Shown one piece after another: positions 27,687-40,870 of a stretch of 64,000 bases of DNA. The first letter of the stretch is position 1; each line of letters opens with the position of its first letter. Source of the DNA: Eledone cirrhosa (Eukaryota); NCBI GenBank assembly GCA_964016885.1, contig OZ024745.1:100998001-101062000 (forward strand). The letters are read 5' to 3'. The position numbers and the translations under genes are program-made. A model generated the notes under the pieces. That model ran no database searches. It was not told where the DNA came from and saw only the letters and a list, made by a program, of their open reading frames with translations.

Positions 27687-28769
27687 ACACACACACATAC
27701 AGCTAATTAATACTGCGGAGAGAGAGGGAGGAGAGAGGGGGGGAGAGAGAGAATGAACAAGAAAATGAGAATTTTATGAGGGAAGTTATCATTATACTTT
27801 ATCCAGGTTCCATGTATAAAGTAATTAAAATCAGAATTAGTTTAATTAATACTGACGTAAGTCAATTTTTTTTAAATTGAAATTCTTACAATTTTACTTA
27901 TGTTTCTCTTTATATATTTCATATTGAAACCTAATGCTAAGAGTTTCTGGGTGTTAGTGATCGAAACACCGACTGCCCCCATTTCAAGTATGTGTGTGTG
28001 TGAGAAAGAGAGAGTGGGGAGAGAGAAAAGTGTGTGTATGCGTGTGTGTGTGTTAAACTTTCATGTTTGTTCAATTTTATGTCCAAAATTTTAACATCGC
28101 GAAATAAATGAAAAGTGAACATAATAGTTTTGTATGATTTTTTTTAATGGAATTGCTTCAGTTTCAAAACACCCTCAAATCAAATCCGTTGCTAAACAAA
28201 TACAACCTTGAAATGACTTCCTTTGTTTATAAGTTAGTCAAAATTGGTCAAAAGGTCGCGGCCGACGTCCAGTATTTAAAAAAATGAATTTATACTTTAC
28301 AAATGGTCATCAATAATATTTGTAGCTAAGACATAAAAAGCAAGCATTCATACTTTTGATGAGAATACAATATGAAGTATTTAACGGAATTCCTTGAGTC
28401 TCTATATTTCTTTATATAGAGCTAACCGATTTAAGAATAGACTTGATAAATATTAAATTTTAAAAACCTAATATGTGACAAAATTGGTTTGTATACAAGT
28501 CGCAATCTACTTACCTTTATTTCCATCACAGTTCCATCATCGAAGTTCTTCACAGGACGCCAGAACCTAACGTGGACATGGATCTCGAATTACTTTTGAC
28601 CGCTTGGGTTGACAATGGCCTTATTGTTTCCTTCACTTGATCTCGTCCCAACGAAACTTGGCCGTTGTCAAGTGCAGGTCAACTTTTAGGCAGATCAAGT
28701 CTTCACTGAACCAACACCATCTCGCATTTCTCTGTTCAGCCTCTCAATTAAACAGTAGTGCATGACTCA

Positions 28770-29350
28770 ATTAGTTGCTCTCCACATCAACTGCTACATT
28801 CTTGATGATGATTGCACCGGCGTCAGAATGGCCCCAGTACATTGGCTTCCGCGTGTGTTTGGCCACACAAATGCCGGTGTGGAGTCATAATCGATATATT
28901 AAGGCTACACTTGCTCTCTTGTCGCCACATTGCAAATCAGTTCCCTCAACAGGTTGTCTTGAACGTCGTCACCAAAAGGAGCCCCAGCACGATCGGTTTA
29001 CCGTCACAACTGGAGACAGCTGGCTTCGATCGTGGTAATTGGTAAACGATTCACGAGATAATCCTTTTCCCGTTTGTGGGAGATAAATCTCTAATCTGAG
29101 ATACCTCATACTGCCACATGTTTTCTGCCTTGTCGTTTTGGTAACAGATCCAGACACTGCTTGTCGTAGTGCAGAGAAGAGGAAGACACCTAAATGCTGG
29201 GACTTGACCAATCACTTCCTTTTCATGCCGGTCACCGTCGAAACCTTGGTCATCCTCAGGTCCCGGATTTTCGTTTTCCTCCGCAACATCGAGAGGAATG
29301 CATCCCGCCCGTAGAGGGAATCCCGTGAGGCAGAGTGGCAGATGCAGCAG
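28770..29350 (+). mobile_element. Older CRE-clade RLE fragment
   Basis: WPHKCRCGVIIDILRLHLLSCRH..LNVVTKR..GFDRG, and later PVTVETL. Confidence 0.8.
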
Positions 29351-29983
29351 GTGTTACTGGATTGCAGACTTGTGGAGCTATGCTGAACAGCTGCTGGCGC
29401 GTGTAGGACGCATCCGGTTATCGACTGAGTCCATTGTGCAGATAGCCCCGCCATCCTCCTTTAAAGAGGAGGAAGGGCAGGCAGTTTTCATCTGCCTTGT
29501 GGCCATGGCGAAAGAGATTGTGTGGTGGAAAGTTTGAAAGTGTTGAAAACGGACAGTTTCCTCTCCGGCCAATCCATGATTAACTTTTTCAAGTTTTACT
29601 TGAAGAGGAAAATCAGGGTGGAGAGGCAAGTGCTGTCTTCTAGTAAGTTTGTTGAAAGGTGGGTGAAAGTGGCGAGTCTGGTCCGAGTGAACGGGCCCAC
29701 TCTGAGTATGCGCCCGTAGACTGAGGAGTGGGAAAACTGAGAGCCGGGCGCTGGTGGTCAGGGTGGCCGTGGTCTTTTGTGTGGTTTTCGCCACAAGTGA
29801 CCATCGGAAGTTTCCCCTTTTTGGGGAATTTTTGTTCTTTGAATTATTTTTATTTCTAGCCCGATTTCTATCTTGTTATAACCTGTTTACACGACCAAAA
29901 CCCACTTTGTATCGTCCTGTACTGTTTTGTGACGTCTCTAATGTTTTTCTTCATGGCCAAAAAGAAACCATTATAGTTATCAT

Positions 29984-30176
29984 TGGATTGGCAGTATCGG
30001 TAGAGGGGCGGATGCCATGCTTTCCAGCATAGTTACGTCCCTTTACAATCTGAGTTCAAATTCCGCCGAGGTTGACTTTGCCTTTCATCCTTACGGGGTC
30101 GATAAAATAAAATACCAGAAATCCACTGGGTAATTGCTGGCCTTGTGCCTTGTGCCTAAAGTAGAAACAATTATTA
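29984..30176 (+). mobile_element. tRNA-derived SINE
   Basis: Near-consensus family match. Confidence 0.9.
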
Positions 30177-30630
30177 TCTATATATCTAAAACAGAGAATG
30201 TCTGTCTGTCTGTCTGACTCTCTAAAACTCGAGAACCACCCAACCAATTTTTTTCAAACTTTACACATGTAATACTTATGGTCCTGTGAGTGTTTTGAGC
30301 AAAAGATATTTCAAATTTTCAATACCCTAGAGACCGCATTAGACGATTTAGCAATCTCTCTCTATAATTCTTAGTCTTTCTTTTTAGATAGATACATAAA
30401 TATAAGGTTGCGCCCTGATAATATCTGTCTGTATATCTAGCTGTTTGTAGTACGATATTATGACGATATATGTGTGTATATATGTATATATATTGTGTGT
30501 GTATATATATATAGTGTGTAACGTTTTTCGAAATATTTACTTCTGCATTCACAGATTGATTTTTTTAGATTCAGAAGATGCCGTAAAGGGTGAAGGCAGC
30601 GATTCTTTGCTTAAACTTTAATTTGTTATC

Positions 30631-30714
<84 letters not shown>

Positions 30715-30824
30715 TATATTCCTGTACCGAAATTTTTGCATACACAATAACAAAATATAAACTAACGTATTTATTTCACGAGGTTCGATAAGGATAATTA
30801 TATATCAAATATATAAGAACCGTA

Positions 30825-30830
<6 letters not shown>
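30177..30830 (+). mobile_element. Helitron, 3'-truncated or interrupted copy of the 2703-3648 family
   Basis: A|TCTATATATCTAAAAC start, collinear with the reverse complement of 3020-3648. Confidence 0.8.
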
Positions 30831-30864
<34 letters not shown>

Positions 30865-30868
<4 letters not shown>

Positions 30869-31059
30869 TTAATATAGATGAGATTCTACAGGACTAGAAC
30901 TGTTTCATTCATTAGAAATCATCAGGAATCTCCTGATGATTTCTAATGAATGAAACTGTTCTAGTCCTGTAGAATCTCATCTATATTAAAACTGTTATAC
31001 TCTGCTATGTATTGAGTACCTTACTTACTGTGGTTACCTCCGATTCAACCCGGAATAAC

Positions 31060-31060
<1 letters not shown>
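30865..31060. ncRNA. Head-to-head pair of family B hammerheads (30882-30930 minus; 30931-30976 plus)
   Basis: Near-perfect palindrome centred at ~30929. Both arms carry CTGATGA..GAAA..TA. The plus copy has weaker stems I and III. Confidence 0.8.
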
Positions 31061-31092
<32 letters not shown>

Positions 31093-31096
<4 letters not shown>

Positions 31097-31970
31097 TATG
31101 TATACGTACATACATATATGTATACAGACGTACAGTAGTATGTATATATATATATATACATACATGCACACATATATAACCCACTCGATATGCAAATTAG
31201 GCTGCGCAGCCGTTAATATGCATAAGGGAAGTATATACTTTCAGACGTTCAATCATCTGGCAGGAAGGTATACATTGCTGACGATAGCTAATGAGCTTGA
31301 ATCTAGTACACCGTTTCTTTGTCAGTGTTGAACAAACAAGCAACAATGGATGCTAGACACAATGGCTTAATACGGGATGTTTGTTTACAAACACACCGAG
31401 CATTATAATAAATGTTCAGTGAATCCATACGTACATATATATATGTGTGCATGTATGTATATATATATACATACTACTGTACGCCTGTATACATATATGT
31501 ATGTACGTATACATACTTATATTTAAGTAACAGCCGTACTAAGTGTAGGAAATGAAATTTCGTTTCATTTTTTCCGTTTATCGTTTTCGGTGCATCCGGC
31601 CGATTAACCCACTCGATATGCAAATTAGGCTGCTCATCCGTTAATATGCATAAGGAAAGTATATACTTTCAGACGTTCAATGATCTGGCAGGAAGTACAT
31701 CGTTCTTGTGTCAGTGTTGAACAAAGAGGCGACGATGGTTGCCTGAACACTGTACGGCGTAATTCGGGCTGTTTGTTTGTTTACAAACAAACCGAACATT
31801 CTAATAAATGTTCGGTAAACCCATACATACATATATATATGTGTGCATGTATGTATATATATACATACTACTGTACGTCTGTATACATATATGTATGTAC
31901 GTATACATACATATTTACATTTAAGTATCAGCCGTACTAAGAGTGAGAAATGAAATTTCGTTTCATTCTT
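31093..31970 (+). mobile_element. Retrozyme-like unit (family A), locus 4, ~2 tandem units (428-bp period) with inverted 5' piece
   Basis: AACCCACTCGATATGCAAATTAGG at 31178 and 31606. The first HHR has GAAT instead of GAAA, and the second unit has the HHR deleted. Confidence 0.85.
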
Positions 31971-31971
31971 T

Positions 31972-32095
<124 letters not shown>

Positions 32096-32592
32096 TATAA
32101 TCTAGAAAATGTGCTGCGGTAAATAAATATATACATATACACAGTGGCGGACTGGCCAGGTTGCCCAATGGCAAGTGGGGGCCCAGGGAGCCCACAGTAG
32201 CATTGCAGGGCCTACTGTAGTATTTAAGGGGCCAGTACTTTACTTTAAAAAAATACCTGAAATCTAAGAGAAAGAATAAAATCTTTTAAAAAATAAATAA
32301 AACAATTAAGCAAAGCATTTGGTCATCCACTTCCCCAAGTAATTAATAGAACCCCAAATATAGGATAGTGCGAATAGCTGGAATCAGTGGTTGTACATTC
32401 TACTAAATCTAAACCTTAGTGTATTCATTCATGCATGCAGACATACATATATAGACACAGATACACAAGCATATATATGTATAGATATGGATACACACGC
32501 ACACACACACACACACATATATATGTATACACACACACACACACACATACACACATATATATATATATATTGTTATACTATATATATATATA

Positions 32593-34031
32593 TATTGTTA
32601 TACTTTGGGAGGGTCATGTTGCCAATAAGAAACACACGCACAGTTGCTTTCACTTCAATTTATTAATTCCCATTATGCCAAACCCATGACTTCCAAATAT
32701 CTGATCCACCGAAACTCCGCTGTTTCGTATCACACCAAAATCAACATACTTATTGCGGATTTAGTACGGGTGATGAGAAACGTGTCCCGCATGTGCAACC
32801 CCAAAGAACTAGAGAGGCACATACAACACTTCATCCACCGTATGCAGTTCTCTCGTTACAATCAGAGAGAAATAAACAGAGTATATAGAGGAGCCAGAAC
32901 CAAATGGGAAAAAATGGTAAATAATGATGCAAATGGGACCTACCCCTTGTATAGGAGCAAATTTTTGAATAGAATGGAAAGAACTAGGAATAAGGTTAAT
33001 AGAATAAACTCATGGTATGATAGCAATAAATACCAGAGTGTAATGTTCATCAATACAACCCCTAGAGGTGAATTAGCTTACAAATTTAGAAGGGCCCTAG
33101 ATAAACTTAAACTAAATATTAAGATAGTAGAAAGACCAGGTACCTCCATAAAAACACTTATTAGTAATACATACCCTTTTCAAAGACCTCCCTGTATAGA
33201 TAAGAAATGCATAATCTGTAAACTAAGACCCCATATTAAATGTAAAACTAGAAACATAGTATATAGCATAAGATGTACTGAAGGACAATGTAAAGATAAG
33301 AATATAGTGTACATAGGTGAGACAGCTCGTAGTATAGGAGACCGGTTAAATGAACACTGGCGAGAGCTTCAAGATAGAAAAGATTCATCAGTACTCCACC
33401 AACATGCTAAAATAGAACATAAGGGCAAATTGGAGAACAGAGAAATAAAAATAAAATCTACACACAGAAAAGACGCAATGTTTAGACAAATCACAGAAGC
33501 AATAAACATAAATGAACTCCAACCAAAATTAAATAAAAAAAACATGAATGGAATTACAACATCACAACTTACAATTAAGGACAAAATGAAAACACGCACA
33601 CATAGAACAAACAACCAACCAGTAACATGTAAATAAACAAATAAATAAACAAATAAAAACACACACAGACACCCGGATGTAACACATGCGCAAAAAAAAC
33701 ACACAACACACACAAAAACAGGATGGCGTAGGACAGAACAAAGGAGAGGCACAAAACAAAGAGAAGAATCCACAGTCACTGAAGAGGTAACAGAATGTGT
33801 GACGAAAGAACTTTGACAATATATGAACAACCGTCCGCTTGTGGAACCAACCAACCAACCGGAAATTTATAAATTCTTAAATTTATAAATTTAATTTATA
33901 ATAAATTGAAGTGAAAGCAACTGGTGCGTGTGTTTCTTATTGGCAACATGACCCTCCCAAAGTATAACAATATCGGTTTCAAGACACGTTTTCAGATAAA
34001 GAACCTTGCTAAACAAATTCAGAAACGAAAT
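32593..34031 (+). mobile_element. 5'-truncated Penelope-like retroelement with inverted terminal segment at its 5' end
   Basis: 32593-32665 is the reverse complement of 33899-33972. The ORF follows, and the 3' region is nearly identical to 14170-14545. Confidence 0.9.
32666..33636 (+). pseudogene. Penelope ORF C-terminal half: RT thumb, Cys-rich linker, GIY-YIG endonuclease
   Basis: CIDKKCIIC..C, NIVYSIRC..VYIGETARSIGDRLNEH..HQH..EH..QITEAINI. Open frame but no RT core or start codon. Confidence 0.85.
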
Positions 34032-34278
34032 ATATATATATACTGAGTTAGAGTGAAAGACCAAAGGTCATTATTGAAAGTCTCTGGATTTCACAAAATA
34101 CATATTTTTTATTGGAGAATGTAAGATATATTTCCGCAAAAATTTGATTGCTCTGTTTTCTTTCCACTTATGTATTTTTGAAAATGTTATTTATTCATTA
34201 TAAAAATTAAATGATAGCAATCTAGGTGGGCCCCCTTCATCTGGTAACCAATATTTTTACACCTAGTCCGCCACTGTG

Positions 34279-34338
<60 letters not shown>

Positions 34339-34533
34339 GCCAATCATTGTAATGCAAAAACATATATATAGGAAATATATATAAGCTGAAATCATAGTAG
34401 ATTCAAATATCTCAGAGAGAAAAAGAGAGGGGGGGGAGAAATGAGGTGGAACAGAAATGAAACCTGGATTACAGGTTAAAATATAGTCTAGATAGATTAG
34501 AAATAAAACGAGGGTGTAGTTTATGGAACACCC

Positions 34534-34966
34534 AAATGATTTAGAAGTCGACCTTAAGTAGGAGCAATAACATTAAGAAAGACATGAACGACACCACAAC
34601 ACTTTGTTTTGAAAATTTTGAAAGTAGGTTTATTTATAAGTATGAATTTTCACGCAATTAACGTAGTTGTCGCTGTAGCCTTGTGGTAGGTACTGGAGAC
34701 GGTGGAGATCCTGGACTTGTGTTCAATCCTGGTCAAGAGGTACATGTAACATTTTTCAGTTTTTATTTTACAACCCATAGAAAATTTAAAAAATGGTTCA
34801 TCAACGTCTATGCTTCTTCCAACTAGGCCAGCGAGACAACAACAATATTTTAATGAAAATTGATAATAATAAACCTACTTTTAAAATCAAAGTTAAAAAG
34901 AATTGGTGTCGTTCATGGCTTTCCTAGAGCTATTAGTAATATTTAGGGTCGACTTCTCGTCATTAT
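34534..34966. mobile_element. Fold-back element with ~130-bp imperfect arms enclosing convergent tRNA-like heads
   Basis: AGAAGTCGACC..CATGAACGACACCA..AAAGTAGGTTTA is inverted at 34868-34957. A-box/B-box head at 34666-34765. Confidence 0.6.
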
Positions 34967-34967
34967 T

Positions 34968-35180
34968 TAAAGTCTCTGGATTTCGCAAAATACATAATAT
35001 TTTTTATTGGAGAAGGTAAGATATTTTTCCGCAAAAAATTGATTGCACTGTTTTGTTTCCACTTATGTATTTTTTGAAAATGTTATTTATTCATTAAAAA
35101 AATTAAATGATAGCATTCTATATGTAGGTGGGCCCCGTTCATCTCCCGGCAACCAATATTTTTAGACCCATTCCGCCACT
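34968..35180. repeat. Second copy of the right end (34077-34276) of the TIR element
   Basis: AAAGTCTCTGGATTTC..TCCGCCACT direct repeat. Confidence 0.8.
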
Positions 35181-35199
35181 CCATATATACCAGGTCGAA

Positions 35200-35457
35200 C
35201 ACAATGGAACTAAACTCCCGCTATCACTTCCCCTGTCTTTCATGCTTTCCACATCTCACTATTATGAGTAACTGGGGTCCACGTGCTGGTCGCTCCGCGG
35301 CCACGGCGGACAGAATAAAGAAGGCGTTTCCCCAGAGGATGATGAGGGAAGGGCCATTCCATCTTGCGAGGCTCACACTTGGGGGTAGAAAATTGTGTGC
35401 CGATGGTGGTGAGTAGAGAGGTGGCTCTAGTACCAAGGACACCAGAAGCCTCCACAT
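35200..35457 (-). mobile_element. CRE-clade 3' fragment
   Basis: VEASGVLGTRATSLLTTIG..CEPRKMEW..GNAF. Confidence 0.8.
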
Positions 35458-35783
35458 TGTATTTTATGGATTTTCATTTCCCCGAATAAAGTTATCGCCG
35501 TTAGTTTAATGGCTTTGACAATAAACTCTAAAATAATAAAAAATATAAGTTTTAGCAACGAACATAAGATTATCTAATGAGGTATTTCCAGAGATTCGCA
35601 ATGTTGTTAGATGTGAGATCTATTACATATCTGAAGTGGGAAACATTTGGAACAATTTTGAACATACCGACAATTATGTTTACTTTTAGAAATTTCCTCA
35701 TATCTCATTGAACATGGAACTAACACACCCATTTAATACACAAACACTCACAGACACATATACATACGCACACACACACACAA

Positions 35784-35867
<84 letters not shown>

Positions 35868-36499
35868 CTGATTTTATCATTGTAATAGATTGCATAAATT
35901 TAATCAATTGAAATTTTAATTATATACTATTCTCTTCATAGCCAATGAATATAACTGAGGAATTGAAGGAGAGAAACGTGTTAATTCTTTTGTTGTTGTT
36001 GTTGTTTCAATTTTGAATTACTGTAAATATATGGATCATAAAATACCACGTGGTTTCCATCAAGTAAGAGTGGTCTCTGTATATTATTATTTGCATAAAA
36101 GAAATTGTGAAATGTTGATAAGGATCATAAAGTGCTATTTTCCATTAAACAAAGGCATCAAAATAATCAAACATACTCACATATCAATTTTATCAATCGC
36201 TACTTTAAAATTGAAACAACGGACTTATAATTCTGTACATCAGATTTCCTTACATATTTATACTAAAAAAAATATGGAGCAATATCCTGTAAAATATGAG
36301 CAGATATCCCATGCTTTTACAAACGATTAATGTTTAAACAGTTAGATATGTTGCTCAGATTCTAAATCTGAATTTTGACTTTATATTGAAACAACATTGA
36401 AACTGATTCTGAAAATATATCTTAAACATCAATCTCAGAACGACAAGTTTAAGAACATTCATTTATCAAATTTCTATCGAATTTTAAATAATTAAAATA

Positions 36500-37580
36500 A
36501 CATGTTCTAATATAAGCACAAGGTCAGCAATTTGGAGAAAATTTACAGTGTACTAAATCTACCCACATCTCAATACTTTACTGGTGATTTTTTTATCGAT
36601 CTCGGAAAATTGAAATGCAAAATTGAACTCGGTGAGATTTGTACTTTGAGCATAAAGAGAAGTAGTGAAATATTGAAAGACACCCATTAACACTCATCTA
36701 AAAGCAGAGGAACTACAACAATAATGATGATTTAAGGCCAGCAATTTAGGTGACAAGAAAAGACCATTAAATCGAACCAGTATTTGGCTGGTACTATATT
36801 TATTGACCCCAGAAGGGTAAAAAGCAAAGTTCACCTTGGCATGATTCTAACTCAGAATAAAAAGATTCGGGAAAAAATGCTGCAAAGTAATTTGTTCGAT
36901 TCTGCCAATTCAACATCCTTGGTTTCTGATTTAGGCAGAAGATTAACATTTTCAGAGTAAAGGGAAAAGTTGATTATATCGATTTTGATATTTCACTGGT
37001 AGTTTATTTTGTCGACCACGTAAGGATGAAAGGCAAAGCTAACCTTGGCGGGATTTGAAATCAGAACGTAAAGGGCCTTAACAATATGCCGCAAAGCAAC
37101 TTGTCTGACGCTCTACTGATACTGCCAATCCACCACCCTAATAATTGTTTCTATTTTAGGCACAAGGCCAGCAATTTTGGGGAAGGGGAAAGTCGATTAA
37201 ATCGACCCCAGTGCATTACTGGTGCTTTATTTTATCGACCCCGTAAAGATGAAAGGCAAAGCTAACCTTGGCGGGATTTGAACTCAGAACGTAAAAGCTG
37301 TAACAATATGCCGCAAAGCATGGTGTCTGACGCTTTACTGATACTGCCAAACCACCACACTAATAATGATTTCTTATATAGGCACAAGGCCAGCAATTTT
37401 GAGGGAGGGAAAAGTCGATTAAATCGACCTCAGTGCGTGACTGGCACTTTATTTTATCGACCCCGTAAGGATGAAAGGCAAAGTTAACCTCGGCAGGATT
37501 TGAACTCAGATCATAAAGAGCCGTAACTCTATGCTGCAAAGCATGGCGTCAGTCCCCCTACTGATATTACCAATCCACCG
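36500..37580 (-). mobile_element. Head-to-tail cluster of about 5 SINEs of differing divergence
   Basis: Reverse-strand family matches at ~36500, 36735, 36920, 37141 and 37375. Confidence 0.85.
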
Positions 37581-38588
37581 CCCTCACAACCCTAATAATA
37601 ACAATAATAATTTGCTTCGGAGGTTATAGAAAAAAAAAATAGAAAAAAAATCAACTATTAAAACAAACAAGCATGTGGATTGACAAAGAAAACTTTGGCT
37701 ACATATGGTCAAACATACGGTCAACACGTCGACTTGAGTTTTGCTATGACTTAACAGATGTCAAATCGGATATTCTAGAATAACAAAATTATTCGGCAGC
37801 GAATTTCAAAATTAGCTTTACAATAACATTTTTCAGTCTGGAAGTCGTCTTGTCGATAATAGGACATTTTTCAAGCTGGGTAACTCCAGCGGATGTTGGA
37901 CCTAAATCGAGTCTGACTGGCCGTTGTGACACACTATATTTACATCCGAAGCAGATTAACCAAGAGATGAGATGACCTTTGAAGTGCCTTATATAAACAA
38001 GAAACCACCAGGACACACTGACATATCATTGGAACATATAACGATTACCAGATGTGCCCTATCCTTTTGCTAAATATGAATGGATGTATGGATAAATGGA
38101 TAATATTCGTAGTCATTTAGGCGTAAATTTAAAGTATATGTATTTAGTTTTAGAAAATTCTGTTTCAATAGGTTTAGTGTTTACCTTTCATCAGAGCATA
38201 ACAAATGGAGAAATATAGCAGTCTTAAGTGAGGCGTATGTAAACCATATCTTTATCTATCTATCTATCTATCTATCCATTTAAGTAACTAGCTATCGTGT
38301 TGTCGTTCTATATACGTTTCTTTTCTGGACATATACTCGCATCGATTCTCAAGCGTGTTTGCGTGTATGCTCATGTGCCTGTTTTGCCACGGTGTTACAC
38401 ACCAGGCTAGTGTCTGGTACAGATTTCTTTTTTGAAGAACAGATAGTTGTTCTTTAGTCAAAGCTGACAGACGCCTAGAAGAAAATCTATTCCGCGTGGG
38501 CGTAAAACTACCCAATTATATATCTGGGCGATACTAAACGATATAGAGAAGGAAAACTCTAAGATCAAACTCATTACCATCTTGTGAG

Positions 38589-38887
38589 CAGAGCCGGATT
38601 TAATGGGAGATAAAGAGGGCAATTGCCCCGGGTGCCCTGCAGTGGATGGGTGGGGGTGCACAGGAATTTATTATATTTGTGTCTTCAGCTGGGCTTTTTA
38701 ATTTTAGGATGATTAGAATTTTTGAATTTAATGCCTGTATGTATAACTTTTCAATTCCAGTTACTTGTGCCAAGCTAACTTTGATATGTAAACTTGGCGG
38801 GGTTCGCTATATATTCTAATTTGTGTGAATGAGGGGCCTCCAAAACCTGAAGTGCTCCGGGATTGTCAGGGTCTAAATCTAACCCTG
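38589..38887. mobile_element. hAT MITE
   Basis: TIR CAGAGCCGGATTTA / TAAATCTAACCCTG; 8-bp TSD CTTGTGAG / CCTGTGAG. Confidence 0.75.
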
Positions 38888-39858
38888 CCTGTGAGCAGCT
38901 TTTTATCTTTATCGGAAATGTTTAATAAAAGACTCTTAAATATAAAACCTGAGGTTGAGACACTTTCTGGTCAGTTTACTCTTGTTACCAGGTATTTAGC
39001 TATGGCTAATTAGTAGTATACGTGTCGTACATGACTATAATCCATTGACATACAAGTAGAATCTCAAACTTATGAGCTGGCTATCATCTAACAAGACGCA
39101 GTAATCATCATATATGTACGTGTGCTTATTAAAATGCATATCAATCTACTAAATCAAAAGTAGATGAAGTTATATTGGTCATAATCGAACACACGTTCCA
39201 GTAAATCAGGTGAAATACTAATGCCTTGATTAGGTTACAAATGTTCAGTTGGACTATGATTTAGATACAACATTCGACTTTCTCATCAGTAATCCTTACT
39301 AATATGCATAATAATCAGAATTGAAAAAGAAATGGTGTATGTAGATGTAAGAACAAGAAAAAAGTAAACTACAGATTTATTTCTAGTATTTCGAGAACAG
39401 ACGTCGTACCAAAAAAAAGTGTAAACAATATACATCTAAGTCAGAGCTGTCAAAAACGAAGTTTGTTTTTAACAGATGACGTAGAGAAAATTGAACAATA
39501 AAAATACCACACAGATGAGCAGCAGTGCAGAAAGAACAAAATAATTTGGTGCTTATGTCTGTAATGAATGTTCAACATTGAAGTGTCACAAAGTAAACGA
39601 TAGTCATTCGTCGGTAAGTTTGTTTACATTTCAGCGTAATTCAACAGACGAAACAAAACAAAACGATAGCGTCAGATGACACAAAAGTTGTTATAAATAA
39701 GCACAACATATATTAAAGCTATGAAAAGTCTAATATTGCCAGAGAGACTAAAAATAGTTGGAAGAATATCAATTGAATTTTTTAATTTCAAATTAAAGAA
39801 ATTAAAAAATATTTGGTCTGTAATTCTAGTTAAGGTTTCGTGAAAACTTGTGTTTGAG

Positions 39859-40144
39859 CAGGAGCCTCGTTTGCCTTAAAAATGTGAGGGGGACAAACCA
39901 ACATTTGTTAATTCTTAAAGGACATGTTATATTGCTTATGGTACCTTTCCTGGACCCTATTACATAAGTAACATTTGACGCTAATTAAATTTTATATATT
40001 CAAATGAAGTTCAGATATAAAAAAATAAGCTTAAAAAGAATTTATTATATCAAATAAACAAAAAACAAAAGATGGTTTGTCCCCCATTCCTGAAAAAGTG
40101 TGTGGGGTCTTGTCCCCTGGTAAACCCCTGAAACAAGGCCCTTG
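39859..40144. mobile_element. hAT MITE
   Basis: TIR CAGGAGCCTCGTTT / AAACAAGGCCCTTG; inverted subterminal GGGGGACAAACCA; perfect 8-bp TSD TGTTTGAG. Confidence 0.75.
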
Positions 40145-40204
40145 TGTTTGAGTTGATATGTTGGATGCCATAGTGGTTGATATTTAGGAAACAAAATTGA
40201 AAGA

Positions 40205-40870
40205 ATTAGGATGGTGTGAATTCTGAAAATGCCTGAGTGATAGTCCTCGACGTTAGCAAATCTTTCGACTGTGCCAGGCAAGAAAACCTCCTTATAATAC
40301 TACTAGACTTTGGGATGCACCCAGCTTTATCGCAACGCGTGCTGGCGATGCTCTCTTTGTTTCACACATTATCAAGTCGAGTGTTCATTAGGGTTCACTT
40401 TTGTACCCCATACTTTTCTTTTTGTACATCAATGAGCTACTTACCATATCGTCTAACAGTGCAAATTAAATATCCCCAACCAGGCGCCATCTACATTTAA
40501 TTTCAGAACCTCACGCCAAGCCTTCACTCAATGAACAGTAAGACACAAAAGCATCCTCCCGTGGGGCTTGCCAATCTTATTTTTTCAATAGTAATAAAAC
40601 ACAAGTACTGCTCATATAAAAAATACCATCACACTTTTCATGAGCAGCATGCACCTATTGTACTTTCGATCACTCCAAATGCTAGACCTCACAGTCATGG
40701 AGGTTCTGTTATAGCGAACGCACATTCTTAACATAATGAGGACTGCATCTCAAAGACTAGCCAGAAAAATACTTTATCTCCTAACATTTACTGCTTCTCT
40801 AGAAAGCTCGGGTGAGTCTCACAACTGAATACTGCTCCTACATCTCGGACGATTTTATTGCTACACACAG
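40205..40870 (+). mobile_element. Decayed CR1/L2-group LINE RT
   Basis: VLDVSKSFD..ENLL..L..FG, GSLLYPILF..YINEL, LLLL*KARV..EYCSYI resemble LDISKAFD, GSVLSP.LF..YINDL and LYKAQVR..EYCSHIW. Confidence 0.6.

Larger units (their letters stand above)
32142..34276. mobile_element. TIR DNA transposon remnant (hAT-like ends) hosting a nested Penelope
   Basis: TIR CAGTGGCGGACT / AGTCCGCCACTG with subterminal GGGCCC. TSD is unclear within TA-rich flanks. Confidence 0.65.

Noticed and set aside
29378-29794. 138-aa minus ORF as a host exon
   Set aside because: No recognisable domain. Adjacent frames weakly resemble a decayed LINE endonuclease; too uncertain to call.
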